From an uncultured Candidatus Saccharibacteria bacterium (GTDB lineage: Bacteria > Patescibacteriota > Minisyncoccia > Phycocordibacterales > JACOZG01): DNA of 64,000 bases. The notes beneath the pieces are model-generated. The model was not told where the DNA came from. It saw only the letters and a program-made list of their open reading frames with translations, and ran no database searches. Where the stretch lies: NCBI GenBank assembly GCA_964360815.1, contig CAYHYA010000001.1:5574-69573 (forward strand), given 5' to 3'. The position numbers were made by a program, and so were the translations under genes. Below, piece after piece: positions 10,323 through 18,762 of this stretch (position 1 is its first letter; each line of letters begins with the position of its first letter).

Positions 10323-10424
10323 TAATTATTATTATTCCGTATCTCTACGATCGTAGAGATGTGGCATATTTCAGCCAAACGAAAACCCCAAACAAAGATT
10401 TGGGATCTTCGCTTGGGGGTTGGA

Positions 10425-10907
10425 CTATGCACTGACATCGATGAGCTCAAGCGGGCTGATCGCCAACTCGTCAACGCCCCTGTTGTCGTTGTTGCCAACG
10501 ACAACAAACTTGGTGCCTTGGTACTCGACAACGTCACCAGTCTTGGATTCCGAGTTGATAGTTGGTGGGAGTGCCGGGTGAGGACCAGAAATTTCACCGT
10601 CCAAAGTTCGCCCGAAATAGAGGTACGGGATGTTGTGAGCGTCCAAAACTCCCCAACAGTCAAGCAACGGACCGTAGAAATTAGAACCACCAGACTCTGC
10701 CCTGTTCTTGATCGCCCGCTCCCTGTTCTCGTAAACTAGCACGGACAAAGGAATTGGCCCCTTGATCGGTTCGACGCAGAAACACTCATTGAACTCTCTG
10801 GTGAGACGCTTGCCGATGTCGGTGTTGAGGTCGACAGTGGCAAGTAAGTGCATGAGCAGTTGGTTCTTCGCGCCAATCTGACAAAGGGCTGGCCAATTAC
10901 GCTGCAT
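10425..10907 (-). CDS. Hypothetical protein (stand-alone accessory gene)
   Basis: GAGGAG Shine-Dalgarno upstream of the ATG; terminator-like hairpin at about 10385-10422. Confidence 0.55.
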   Translation of the reverse strand: MQRNWPALCQIGAKNQLLMHLLATVDLNTDIGKRLTREFNECFCVEPIKGPIPLSVLVYENRERAIKNRAESGGSNFYGPLLDCWGVLDAHNIPYLYFGRTLDGEISGPHPALPPTINSESKTGDVVEYQGTKFVVVGNNDNRGVDELAISPLELIDVSA

Positions 10908-11062
10908 GGCAATCTCCTCAATTTACAAAGAAACTAGTTTGGTAACCCAGAAACTCCAGATTTACAAACCAAACACTACCTTTACCCTAGCATGTTTCCA
11001 GTGATTTTGTCAAGCGATTTTTGGGATTACTATCGGAAAAGTTAAAAAATGCCTCAATGGAG

Positions 11063-11293
11063 CTATTTCATCCACTCGTTTTTCGGAATACCTGATTGAA
11101 GAATTATGCTTTTCAATGTTCTCGGCTTGAGGGCTTTGCGACCATGAAATTGCACCTGCACTTGTCTCGGGATACCGCCCTGATGACCGAAGTAAAAGTG
11201 GTGACTTCCCTCAACATGAGTTAGTGAAAAATTATGTTCTTTTAAAAAATTTACAACGTCATCGAATGTCCAGTTAAAAACTCTCCTAGGCAT
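11063..11293 (-). CDS. hicA: HicA-family toxin
   Basis: THVEGSH...QVQVQFHGRKALKPRTLKSIILQSGI; ATG at 11293 overlaps the upstream gene. Confidence 0.85.
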   Translation of the reverse strand: MPRRVFNWTFDDVVNFLKEHNFSLTHVEGSHHFYFGHQGGIPRQVQVQFHGRKALKPRTLKSIILQSGIPKNEWMK

Positions 11294-11609
11294 TAGCGAG
11301 CAACTGTGTCCCAAAACTAATTTCTTGATAAGGAGAAGGGATTGGCTTGTTATTGTTTAATTTAAACCAAAGATTTTCATATTCCGAATCCGTAACTTGA
11401 TTTAAAATATGTGGCCGAGATTTAATTTTTCTGGCCGAGTTGATATAACCGGTAATAGCACTGAATAGATTGTTTACCACTTCCTCCCGAGACTCACCGT
11501 CCACAACAATATTAAACTCAAGACCAGCCCCATACCAAACACCGTCTTCTCTAAAGACAATGAAACGAACCTTACCTTTCTGAAGAGTATTTTTGTATTT
11601 CATAATCAA
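11286..11609 (-). CDS. HicB-like antitoxin (partial RNase H fold, no obvious DNA-binding domain)
   Basis: FREDGVWYGAGLEFNIVVDGESREEV..NL..AI..Y pattern; coupled to hicA. Confidence 0.7.
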   Translation of the reverse strand: MIMKYKNTLQKGKVRFIVFREDGVWYGAGLEFNIVVDGESREEVVNNLFSAITGYINSARKIKSRPHILNQVTDSEYENLWFKLNNNKPIPSPYQEISFGTQLLANA

Positions 11610-11626
11610 TTTCGCTCGGGACCGGA

Positions 11627-11827
11627 CTAACTCGAAGAGAAAGGTAACAGGGCGAGGAAGCGGGCGCGTTTAACGGCGATCGTTAGTTTGCGCTGATGCC
11701 GCGCGCAGAGACCGCTACGTCGTTTGCCGCTAATCCGTGAATATGGGTCCAGAAACTTCTTCAGTGTTTCCACTTCTTTGTAATCCGGATAACGGATGTT
11801 GTTGTTGCAAAAATAACAGTGCTTCAT
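11627..11827 (-). CDS. rpsR: 30S ribosomal protein S18 (zinc-binding form)
   Basis: CYFC...DYK...LKKF...RRSGLCARHQRKL..AVKRAR.LALLPF. Confidence 0.95.
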   Translation of the reverse strand: MKHCYFCNNNIRYPDYKEVETLKKFLDPYSRISGKRRSGLCARHQRKLTIAVKRARFLALLPFSSS

Positions 11828-11855
11828 TTTCGTTGATGGGTTTAGGTGACGGTAA

Positions 11856-12311
11856 TTAAAATGGAATATCGTCCGGGTTAATTTCTTCCCCCGGGTATTG
11901 GATGGTTTTCAATTCTTCCGGCGCCGGTGATGGACTACCAGCGCTTGGTCCACGGGGCGCGTCGGCGGGAGCACTGCCGGCGCCGGCTTTCGGTCCGAAC
12001 TGCACGCGATCGGCGACCACTTCCGTGCGGTAACGCTTACTGCCGTCTTGGGCGTCCCAACTGCGAGTTTGCATTCGGCCTTCCACCAAAACCGACTGCC
12101 CCTTTTTCAAATACTGATTGACGATCTCGGCCTGTTGGCCGAAAACGACAATGTTGTGGAACTGGGTGTCTTCTTGTTTTTCGCCGTTTTTATTTTTAAA
12201 TACCCGATTGGTCGCCAAACCGAAAGTCGTGACCTTGATGCCGGAGGGTAGGGCCTTGAGTTCCGGGTCACGCGTTAAGTTACCGATTAAAATCGCTTTA
12301 TTTAGATACAT
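11856..12311 (-). CDS. ssb: Single-stranded DNA-binding protein
   Basis: NKAILIGNLTRDPE...; C-terminal DDIPF. Confidence 0.97.
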   Translation of the reverse strand: MYLNKAILIGNLTRDPELKALPSGIKVTTFGLATNRVFKNKNGEKQEDTQFHNIVVFGQQAEIVNQYLKKGQSVLVEGRMQTRSWDAQDGSKRYRTEVVADRVQFGPKAGAGSAPADAPRGPSAGSPSPAPEELKTIQYPGEEINPDDIPF

Positions 12312-12843
12312 AGGTTCCGGTGGTTAAAAGTTGTTCAATTTCTTTGTCCATTTCGTCGGTGCTCATAACCGGTTTGTCTGGCGGATTGGCCACCGCTTCG
12401 CTAGTTGACGCCTCGTCGGTTCTCTTCTGCCGGTTTTGTAAATGTTTCTCTTGGGCTAAAGCCGCTTGGGAAATTTCGAGGAGAAGAAACCGGATCAACT
12501 CCGGAGTTTGGCGGAAGGTGGTCGCTAACTTAACCGCCGCCGCCGGTTGACCGCGGAAACGCAAGGCGCCAAAGTAGCTATCACGAAAAGTCACTCGTTT
12601 GTTCTCAATCAGTTTACGAATCGGATAGGAGAGAGACAGTTTCCGCGCTGGCCAATCCCCAACCACTTCCGCATTAACGGCACTAATAACTTGTTTGAGA
12701 TATTTATTCGTGGCCTCGTCCAATCCCTCGGCGGGAATTAGCGGCGACAAAAGATAACCGATTTCGTAGGTTTTATTATCGGTTTCGGGCTCAATCTCGA
12801 GCTCGTCATTGATCGGCTTTTTTTCGTGGTTTTCGCTCATCAC
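12298..12843 (-). CDS. rpsF: 30S ribosomal protein S6
   Basis: YEIGYLLSP...LSYPI...YFG..RF; rpsF-ssb-rpsR synteny. Confidence 0.85.
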   Translation of the reverse strand: MMSENHEKKPINDELEIEPETDNKTYEIGYLLSPLIPAEGLDEATNKYLKQVISAVNAEVVGDWPARKLSLSYPIRKLIENKRVTFRDSYFGALRFRGQPAAAVKLATTFRQTPELIRFLLLEISQAALAQEKHLQNRQKRTDEASTSEAVANPPDKPVMSTDEMDKEIEQLLTTGTYVSK

Positions 12844-12869
12844 TAGGTTGGCTCGATCGTAACATATCG

Positions 12870-13700
12870 TCAGCCAACGGGCAAACTGACGGCCGGCAAG
12901 TTAAAGAAGCGCCGTGCGTTAGCCAGAGTGGCTTCCTCGATCGCGGCTGGGGTTAAGTGACGCAAAATCGCCAACTGCTTAACCACTTCTTCAACATAAA
13001 CCGGTTCATTCCGCCGGCCGCGCTGTGGCACTGGCGCCACGAACGGACAATCGGTCTCGACCATTAACCGATCGAGGGGCAGCTTTTTAATTACTTCTTC
13101 AGCGTCAGCCCTCGGCTGACCCGCCTTGGGCGGGAAGGTGATCACACCGGTAAAAGACAAACTGAAACCCCGATCGAGAAACTGGCTGGCCGTTGACCAG
13201 TCACCGGCGAAAAAATGAACATTCGCCCGCAGGTCAACGGCCTGATTTTTAAAATTGGAAAGAACGCCGAGAACTTCGTCGTAGGCCCGACGAATATGAA
13301 GCATGAGCGGCTTCTTCACCTTGATCGCCAATTCGATTTGTCGTTCGAAAATTTCGACCTGTCGCCGCCCACTCTCGCTCGATAGGTCAAACTTAGGTTC
13401 TCGTGTGTCTAGTCCGCATTCGCCGATCGCCACCACTTTAGGCTGACTGGCTAACTTGGTCAGTTCGGAAAGAATATTGGCCACCTCACTCGGCGCAGGC
13501 AAGTCGGTTGGATGAAGGCCGACCGTCGCCCACATCTCCGGGTTCGCTTCGGCTAAAGCCACGGCCGCCTGCGAAGTTTCGAGATCAGTGCCAACGTTGA
13601 TCACGCCAATCCCCGCGGCCCGCGCTCGGCCAATCACCCGCTCCCGATCCTCGTCAAACTCCGGAAACTGCAAATGGGCGTGAATGTCGATTAGTTTCAT
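12870..13700 (-). CDS. tatD: TatD family DNase
   Basis: DIHAH, GLHP, AIGECGLD, LHIR, ETDCPF motifs. Confidence 0.95.
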   Translation of the reverse strand: MKLIDIHAHLQFPEFDEDRERVIGRARAAGIGVINVGTDLETSQAAVALAEANPEMWATVGLHPTDLPAPSEVANILSELTKLASQPKVVAIGECGLDTREPKFDLSSESGRRQVEIFERQIELAIKVKKPLMLHIRRAYDEVLGVLSNFKNQAVDLRANVHFFAGDWSTASQFLDRGFSLSFTGVITFPPKAGQPRADAEEVIKKLPLDRLMVETDCPFVAPVPQRGRRNEPVYVEEVVKQLAILRHLTPAAIEEATLANARRFFNLPAVSLPVG

Positions 13701-13717
13701 CCGTTCGATGATAACAT

Positions 13718-13753
13718 AAAAAAACCCCTGAAATCACGAAAGTGATTTCAGGG
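13718..13753 (-). terminator. Intrinsic terminator
   Basis: 12-bp stem CCCTGAAATCAC/GTGATTTCAGGG with a 4-nt loop, followed by U7 on the minus strand. Confidence 0.85.
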
Positions 13754-14123
13754 TACCTCACATCGCTGTTCACGCTTAGGGATGACAGCTCAAATGTGTT
13801 TTCCTGAAGTCAGGATTTTTAACTTCAGTAAGCCTTCTTGATAACGGCCAAGTGGCGAAGCCGGCATCGAAACATTTTTTTATCATCCTTGCGGTTTGGA
13901 AGTTCCAAAGTCGATGCGCGCCTTTTCCCAACCTTACCGCAAGAGTCAATTCACCTGGTGGCGGATGAATTAACGGTGTAACTCGTTGCCACCAATCCCT
14001 TTCTTGCTTTCGGCCATACGAGTTTTATGGGCGAAAGGAGGAGGGACAAAAAGGTTCAGGATTTCAGGGCTGTACCTCGTGCTTCCCTGAAGATTCGTGC
14101 TCGAGTTCCTGCAACCTCTTCTA
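13718..14123 (-). ncRNA. Candidate ~400-nt structured ncRNA of unknown class
   Basis: Own promoter and terminator, no ORF of 60 aa or more, many stems, two apparent pseudoknots, G.U wobbles favouring the minus strand. Confidence 0.6.
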
Positions 14124-14129
14124 CTTTTA

Positions 14130-14157
14130 AGTATACATGAGACATTGATTCTGTCAA
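14130..14157 (-). promoter_or_regulatory. Near-consensus sigma70 promoter
   Basis: TTGACA-N16-TATACT on the minus strand. Confidence 0.75.
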
Positions 14158-14210
14158 GTGTTTATTTATGATTGAGTGATCGGGTTACTAAAATACGCCT
14201 AAAAACAAGG

Positions 14211-15671
14211 TTATTTCCGTGGAAATAGCGGTGGGGTCGGTGGCTGATTGATCTTAATACCGTCAATGATTTTTTCAGCGGTTGCCGGCATAAAAGGTTT
14301 GAGCGCGACAGCCAGATCGGCCAAACCTTGAACCAGTTTGGCGATGTCGGCGCGGGCGGTGGTCGGATCAGTTTTGATTAAATTAAACGGTTGAGTTTTC
14401 TGGATGTAGGCATCGTGGAGACCAATCTGCCGCCAGATTTCGTCCATTGCCTGACTAAACTGATAACCGGCGAGCGGCGTGGTTAAATGACTAAAAGCCG
14501 AGATTGATCGGCGTTCGTAGACGAACGGTTGGGATAAATGCGCGCTCGCAAGCGTCATCACCCGACTAACTAAATTACCCAAACCGTTCGCCAGATTGGC
14601 GTTGTAACACTCTTTAAATTTTTCCAACGTGACATCAGTATCTTCGAACGGTTGGACGTGACGGAGGAGAAAATAGCGCACCGCGTCAGTGCCGTATTCT
14701 TCGACTAGCTTGAACGGGTCAATCACGTTGCCGAGCGATTTCGACATTTTCTGACCGCCGCTCGTGATAAATCCATGAATCACAATTTGCCGCGACGGTG
14801 GCAAACCAACCGACAAAAGCATCGCTGGCCACATTGCCGCCTGCTGACGAAGATTATCTTTGCCGGCAAACTGGGTGACTGGCCACCACTTGTTGAAGCG
14901 GTTTTCGTCAGCGGGCCAACCGATCGCGGAAATATAGTTGACGAGGGCATCAAACCAAACGTACATCGTGTGCGCCGGATCGTCCGGTACTGGCACGCCC
15001 CACGGTTGCTTGGCCACCGAACGCGAAATGGAAAAATCTTCCAGTCCCCGACCAACAAACTCCCGAACCTCGTTTAGCCGAGAATTCGGCACGACGAAAT
15101 CTGGCCGTGTTTCGTAAAGTTCAAGCAGTGGTTTTTGAAATCGCGAAAAACGAAAAAAGTAATTTTCTTCGGCAATTAGTTCGAGTGGTTGGTTGGGATG
15201 AAGGGGGCAGAGATTGTTCGTGAGTTCGGATTCCGTTTTTTCCAGCTCGCAACCAACGCAGTATTTAAGCTGGTAATCTTTTTTGTAAATATCACCGGCG
15301 GCGGCCGCCCGCCGCCAAAATTCTTGGGCCGCGGCGACATGGGCAGGGTCAGTGGTTCGAACAAAGTTGGCGTCCGGCAAAATGCCAAGCATCGGCAATA
15401 ATTGCTTGAAGCGACCGGCCGTCCGAGTGACGTAGGTCGCCGGATCAAGTCCGGCTTGACTAGCCGCTCGAAAAATTTTTAAACCATGCTCGTCGGTGCC
15501 AGTGTTAAAAAAAACTTCCCGGCCAATCAAACATTCGTAACGAACCATCGTGTCAACGAAGACCAACTCCAAAGCGAAGCCGATATGAGGATCAGCGTTA
15601 ACGTAGGGTAGGGTGGTGGTAAAATAACGCGGCTCAAGCATTCTCGGCAGCGATCCGCTTTCTCTGTTCAA
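14211..15671 (-). CDS. metG: Methionine--tRNA ligase (true start probably ~15641)
   Basis: LPYVN..PHIG, GTDEHG.KI, YVWFDAL.NY, KMSKSLGN. Confidence 0.95.
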   Translation of the reverse strand: MNRESGSLPRMLEPRYFTTTLPYVNADPHIGFALELVFVDTMVRYECLIGREVFFNTGTDEHGLKIFRAASQAGLDPATYVTRTAGRFKQLLPMLGILPDANFVRTTDPAHVAAAQEFWRRAAAAGDIYKKDYQLKYCVGCELEKTESELTNNLCPLHPNQPLELIAEENYFFRFSRFQKPLLELYETRPDFVVPNSRLNEVREFVGRGLEDFSISRSVAKQPWGVPVPDDPAHTMYVWFDALVNYISAIGWPADENRFNKWWPVTQFAGKDNLRQQAAMWPAMLLSVGLPPSRQIVIHGFITSGGQKMSKSLGNVIDPFKLVEEYGTDAVRYFLLRHVQPFEDTDVTLEKFKECYNANLANGLGNLVSRVMTLASAHLSQPFVYERRSISAFSHLTTPLAGYQFSQAMDEIWRQIGLHDAYIQKTQPFNLIKTDPTTARADIAKLVQGLADLAVALKPFMPATAEKIIDGIKINQPPTPPLFPRK

Positions 15672-16683
15672 GATCGTTTAACAGTTCCATGAGCAGCGTT
15701 GCCGCCGGCACGGCAAGGAGAATACCCAAGAAACCGGCCAGTTTAGCGCCAGTGATTAGAGCCAAAATAACAATGATTGACGGGACCCCGACAATTTTTC
15801 GAACCACCAACGGGTAAAGTAAATGATTTTCAAATTGTTGGATTATGATGTAAAGACCGGCGACCAAGAGACCAGTGGCGGCACTCGCCGTAAAACCAAT
15901 CAAGACGGCCGGCACGGCCGAAAGCACTGGCCCGAAAACCGGAATCAACTCGAAGCCGGCGGCCATCAGGGCAAGAATCAGGGCGTGTTCAATTTGCAAG
16001 ATGCTTAAACCCAAATAGACAATCACGCCGACCAACAAGCCGAGCAGCATTTGTCCTTGCATCCAACGACCGATCTTTTGTTCGGAACGATGCCAAAGAT
16101 TGAGAACATATTTTTCGTGGCGGGCGGGAACAATCAAACGCAGAAAGTTCCCCACTCCATCGTCTTGAACCGCTAAATAAAACGAAACAACCACGATCAT
16201 CACGAAACTGAAAAAGCCACCGAAAACCACGCTGACTGCCTCAAAAAAACCTTTGGATAAACCAGAAAAAGCTCCCTGAATACTGGTTGAGAGGTTGGCG
16301 AAATAATTTAAATCCGAAATTTTAGAAATCAAGCCGCCGGGTGCGTTTAAGAAAGATAGCGAGCCAAGTTTGGCTGGTAGGGTAGCGGAGATTTCGATTA
16401 AGTCGCTAAAAACCGGAACGAAAAATAACGGCAACAAACTAAACAATAGAGCGAAGACGAGCACATAAACAACGAGCACGGCCGGGACACGCGGCAAACG
16501 ATAACGTCCCAACCAGCGCACCGCCGGTTCAATCGCCGAGGCGATCACCACCGACAGCAGGATAAGTAACACCAAGTCGCGAAGGTAGTAAAGAAACCAG
16601 AACAGGGTCAGCCATAAAACCACCCGGATAATTGAGGCCGAGGTTATGTCGATGGTCATCCCCTCCCGACGAGTTTCCAACAT
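15634..16683 (-). CDS. AI-2E (PerM/TqsA) family transporter
   Basis: Multi-TM; ELIPVFGP, QQFENHLLYP, GFLGILLAVP. Confidence 0.9.
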   Translation of the reverse strand: MLETRREGMTIDITSASIIRVVLWLTLFWFLYYLRDLVLLILLSVVIASAIEPAVRWLGRYRLPRVPAVLVVYVLVFALLFSLLPLFFVPVFSDLIEISATLPAKLGSLSFLNAPGGLISKISDLNYFANLSTSIQGAFSGLSKGFFEAVSVVFGGFFSFVMIVVVSFYLAVQDDGVGNFLRLIVPARHEKYVLNLWHRSEQKIGRWMQGQMLLGLLVGVIVYLGLSILQIEHALILALMAAGFELIPVFGPVLSAVPAVLIGFTASAATGLLVAGLYIIIQQFENHLLYPLVVRKIVGVPSIIVILALITGAKLAGFLGILLAVPAATLLMELLNDLEQRKRIAAENA

Positions 16684-16723
16684 GGCCCAATTCTACTACA
16701 AACCGGCCAGCGATGGAAAGACG

Positions 16724-18169
16724 CTAATTCCCGATTTGGAAAATCCCCGACCCGCCGTAAATCGTTTCGCCGTTGACCACCGTGGAGAGACGGAACCAGT
16801 AAGAACCAGGTGTAATCGAGGCGAAAGCCACATTTTTACTACCAGTGTTCTGATTTAAGGAAGGAGTAAAATTACTAACTAATTGGTTATTGGGCGTCAT
16901 CAGTTCGACTCGAATTAGATTGCCATTGGGGACATTACTTGATGTCCAAGTCACCATTTTGGGCGAATCGGCCTGACGCCAAAGATTGTTCGCCAACGGG
17001 GCTGTCACATTGATCGAGGCGGTGGTTTGAGCTGGCGGCGGATTAGTACACTGGGTCGTATTGAGAGTGCAACTACCACTACAAATTAGAGAACCGAGAG
17101 AGTAACCATAAGAACCGCAAGTCAACGAACCGAAATTGTTGCCATCACATTGTTCTCCACCTTCAATTAAACCGTTACCACAAGTAGTCGCGGGCGGCGG
17201 CGGAACGGAAGTCGGAGCGGCGGTAAATTGGAAAATCCCCGACCCGCCGTAGATGTTTTGCCCGTTAACGACAGTGGAAAGACGGAACCAATAGGCGCCA
17301 GTCGGCAAACTGGAGTTGGTCAAACGACCAGACTCAACGCCGTCGTTTGCGGTAGTGAAATTAGAAAAACCAGTGGCCGGCTGATTGTTGGGGGTCCAGA
17401 GCTCAACCAAAATCGTGTTGCCGTCTGGAATGTTTGTGTCCGACCAATAAATCACCGGTCCGTTATTCACCGTCCATGAGCTGTTAGCCGGCGGCGAAGA
17501 CACATTGATCGTGACGGGACCAGGAGGAATCGGAGGTGAGGGTGGTGAAGTGAAATCGTTGCCGGTACTACCGCTTGCCGGCAGACAACTGTTCGAGAGT
17601 AAGTTGCCGTTCGGGCAAACAGAAGTCGAAGAGGGTGAACTGGCGGTAATGGTGAACCAGCGACTCCAACCGGTGATGGTCTCGCCGTTAACCGTAGTGG
17701 TGATTCGGACGCGATATTGGCCCGGCGCGGGCTGACTGTTCAAAACAAGGTTCTGCCGGCCGTCGTTTATAGTATTGAGAACACTTGTCGCACCGGTAAA
17801 TCTATCGGCCGAATTTAAAACTCGGACATCAACTAATGTTTCTGGCGGTAGGTCTTGACTCCACCACCGTACCGGCAATTCCGATCCGGCTTCATAACTA
17901 CCACCGCCCGGTACCGTGACGGTGATACTGGAGGTGGTGGTGGAATTATTAATGCTGGTTGAAATTCGTTGACCGATTGCTTGTCCCTGTAAAACTAGCA
18001 ACTGTTGTTGAAGTTGGGCGATCAAAGCATTGAGCTGGCTGATCAGTTGTTGCAAATAAGCCGCTGAGATGTTTTGCGTCTGCGCTTCGACTGGAGGTAA
18101 ATTGATAAAACCGATCGAGACGATAATTAATAAAAGACTAACAAAAACAAACCTTGATTTTCTATTCAT
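16724..18169 (-). CDS. Secreted protein with three Ser/Thr-rich Ig-like repeats and Cys-rich modules
   Basis: Signal peptide, Q-rich coil, repeated YWFRLSTVVNG..IYGGSGIFQ, CGNGLIEGGEQCDG motif. Confidence 0.75.
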   Translation of the reverse strand: MNRKSRFVFVSLLLIIVSIGFINLPPVEAQTQNISAAYLQQLISQLNALIAQLQQQLLVLQGQAIGQRISTSINNSTTTSSITVTVPGGGSYEAGSELPVRWWSQDLPPETLVDVRVLNSADRFTGATSVLNTINDGRQNLVLNSQPAPGQYRVRITTTVNGETITGWSRWFTITASSPSSTSVCPNGNLLSNSCLPASGSTGNDFTSPPSPPIPPGPVTINVSSPPANSSWTVNNGPVIYWSDTNIPDGNTILVELWTPNNQPATGFSNFTTANDGVESGRLTNSSLPTGAYWFRLSTVVNGQNIYGGSGIFQFTAAPTSVPPPPATTCGNGLIEGGEQCDGNNFGSLTCGSYGYSLGSLICSGSCTLNTTQCTNPPPAQTTASINVTAPLANNLWRQADSPKMVTWTSSNVPNGNLIRVELMTPNNQLVSNFTPSLNQNTGSKNVAFASITPGSYWFRLSTVVNGETIYGGSGIFQIGN

Positions 18170-18176
18170 GGTCCCA

Positions 18177-18206
18177 ATTCTACCCCCCCCCTGAATTAGC
18201 GGGCAA
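18177..18206 (-). promoter_or_regulatory. Putative promoter with a G9 tract in the spacer
   Basis: TTGCCC-N18 (ending in G9)-TAGAAT, 7 nt before ATG 18169. Confidence 0.55.
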
Positions 18207-18274
18207 GGTGGAATGTTGACAACCGAAAATCGGTCGAGTATGTTTATGATATTATCATATTAAATTATAGTACT

Positions 18275-18499
18275 ATGTCTACCTTATCCGTCCCCCTGTC
18301 GCCCACCCAAGAAGAATTTATCAAGAACATGGTCAAATCCGGTGCGGCGGCCAACAAGGCCGACGTGGTGCGCAAGGCCCTTAAACTGCTGGCCGAAGAA
18401 GAGGCCGTGATGACCGTGCTCAAGGCCGAGGAAGAATTTCGTCAGGGTAAATATTTCACCGGTGACCTAGAAAAAATCATTAGGAAATTTCCCGGCTAA
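18275..18499 (+). CDS. RHH/ParD-like antitoxin
   Basis: TLSVPL......FI..MVKSG..ANKADVVRKAL; upstream palindrome ATGATA-t-TATCAT as a likely operator. Confidence 0.75.
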   Translation: MSTLSVPLSPTQEEFIKNMVKSGAAANKADVVRKALKLLAEEEAVMTVLKAEEEFRQGKYFTGDLEKIIRKFPG

Positions 18500-18762
18500 T
18501 GAACTACTATTACGCGCCGTCATTCTTAAGGCAACTTAAAAAACTTGATCCAGCCATTCAAGCTGAAGCCATCGAAAAAATAAGTTTATTTAAAACCGGG
18601 GACTATGGTCGGCAACTAAAAGTTCACAAGTTAAGTGGTTGGCTAAATGATCGCTATAGTTTTTCTGTTGATTATCGCGTTCGAATCGTTTTCACCTACG
18701 TACACAAAAGAAAAGGTATCCTTTTTGTCGCAATCGGTGACCACGACGTGTACAAAAACTAG
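18499..18762 (+). CDS. RelE/ParE-family toxin (mRNA interferase)
   Basis: FLRQLKKL...LKVHKLSG.L...YSFSVDYRVRIVF...IGDHDVY. Confidence 0.88.
   Translation: MNYYYAPSFLRQLKKLDPAIQAEAIEKISLFKTGDYGRQLKVHKLSGWLNDRYSFSVDYRVRIVFTYVHKRKGILFVAIGDHDVYKN

Noticed and set aside
9953-10739. ORFs 9953-10690 (-) and 10359-10739 (+)
   Set aside because: They are shadow frames overlapping efp and the SD-led 10425-10907 gene.
13718-14123. tmRNA, RNase P RNA or SRP RNA
   Set aside because: I found no tRNA-like ends or T-loop, no GAGGAAAGUCC P4 motif and no convincing SRP domain IV on either strand, so it is kept as unassigned.
16735-17295. Second TR/VR pair in the secreted protein
   Set aside because: Both copies are coding Ig-like domain ends and the differences are not adenine-specific.
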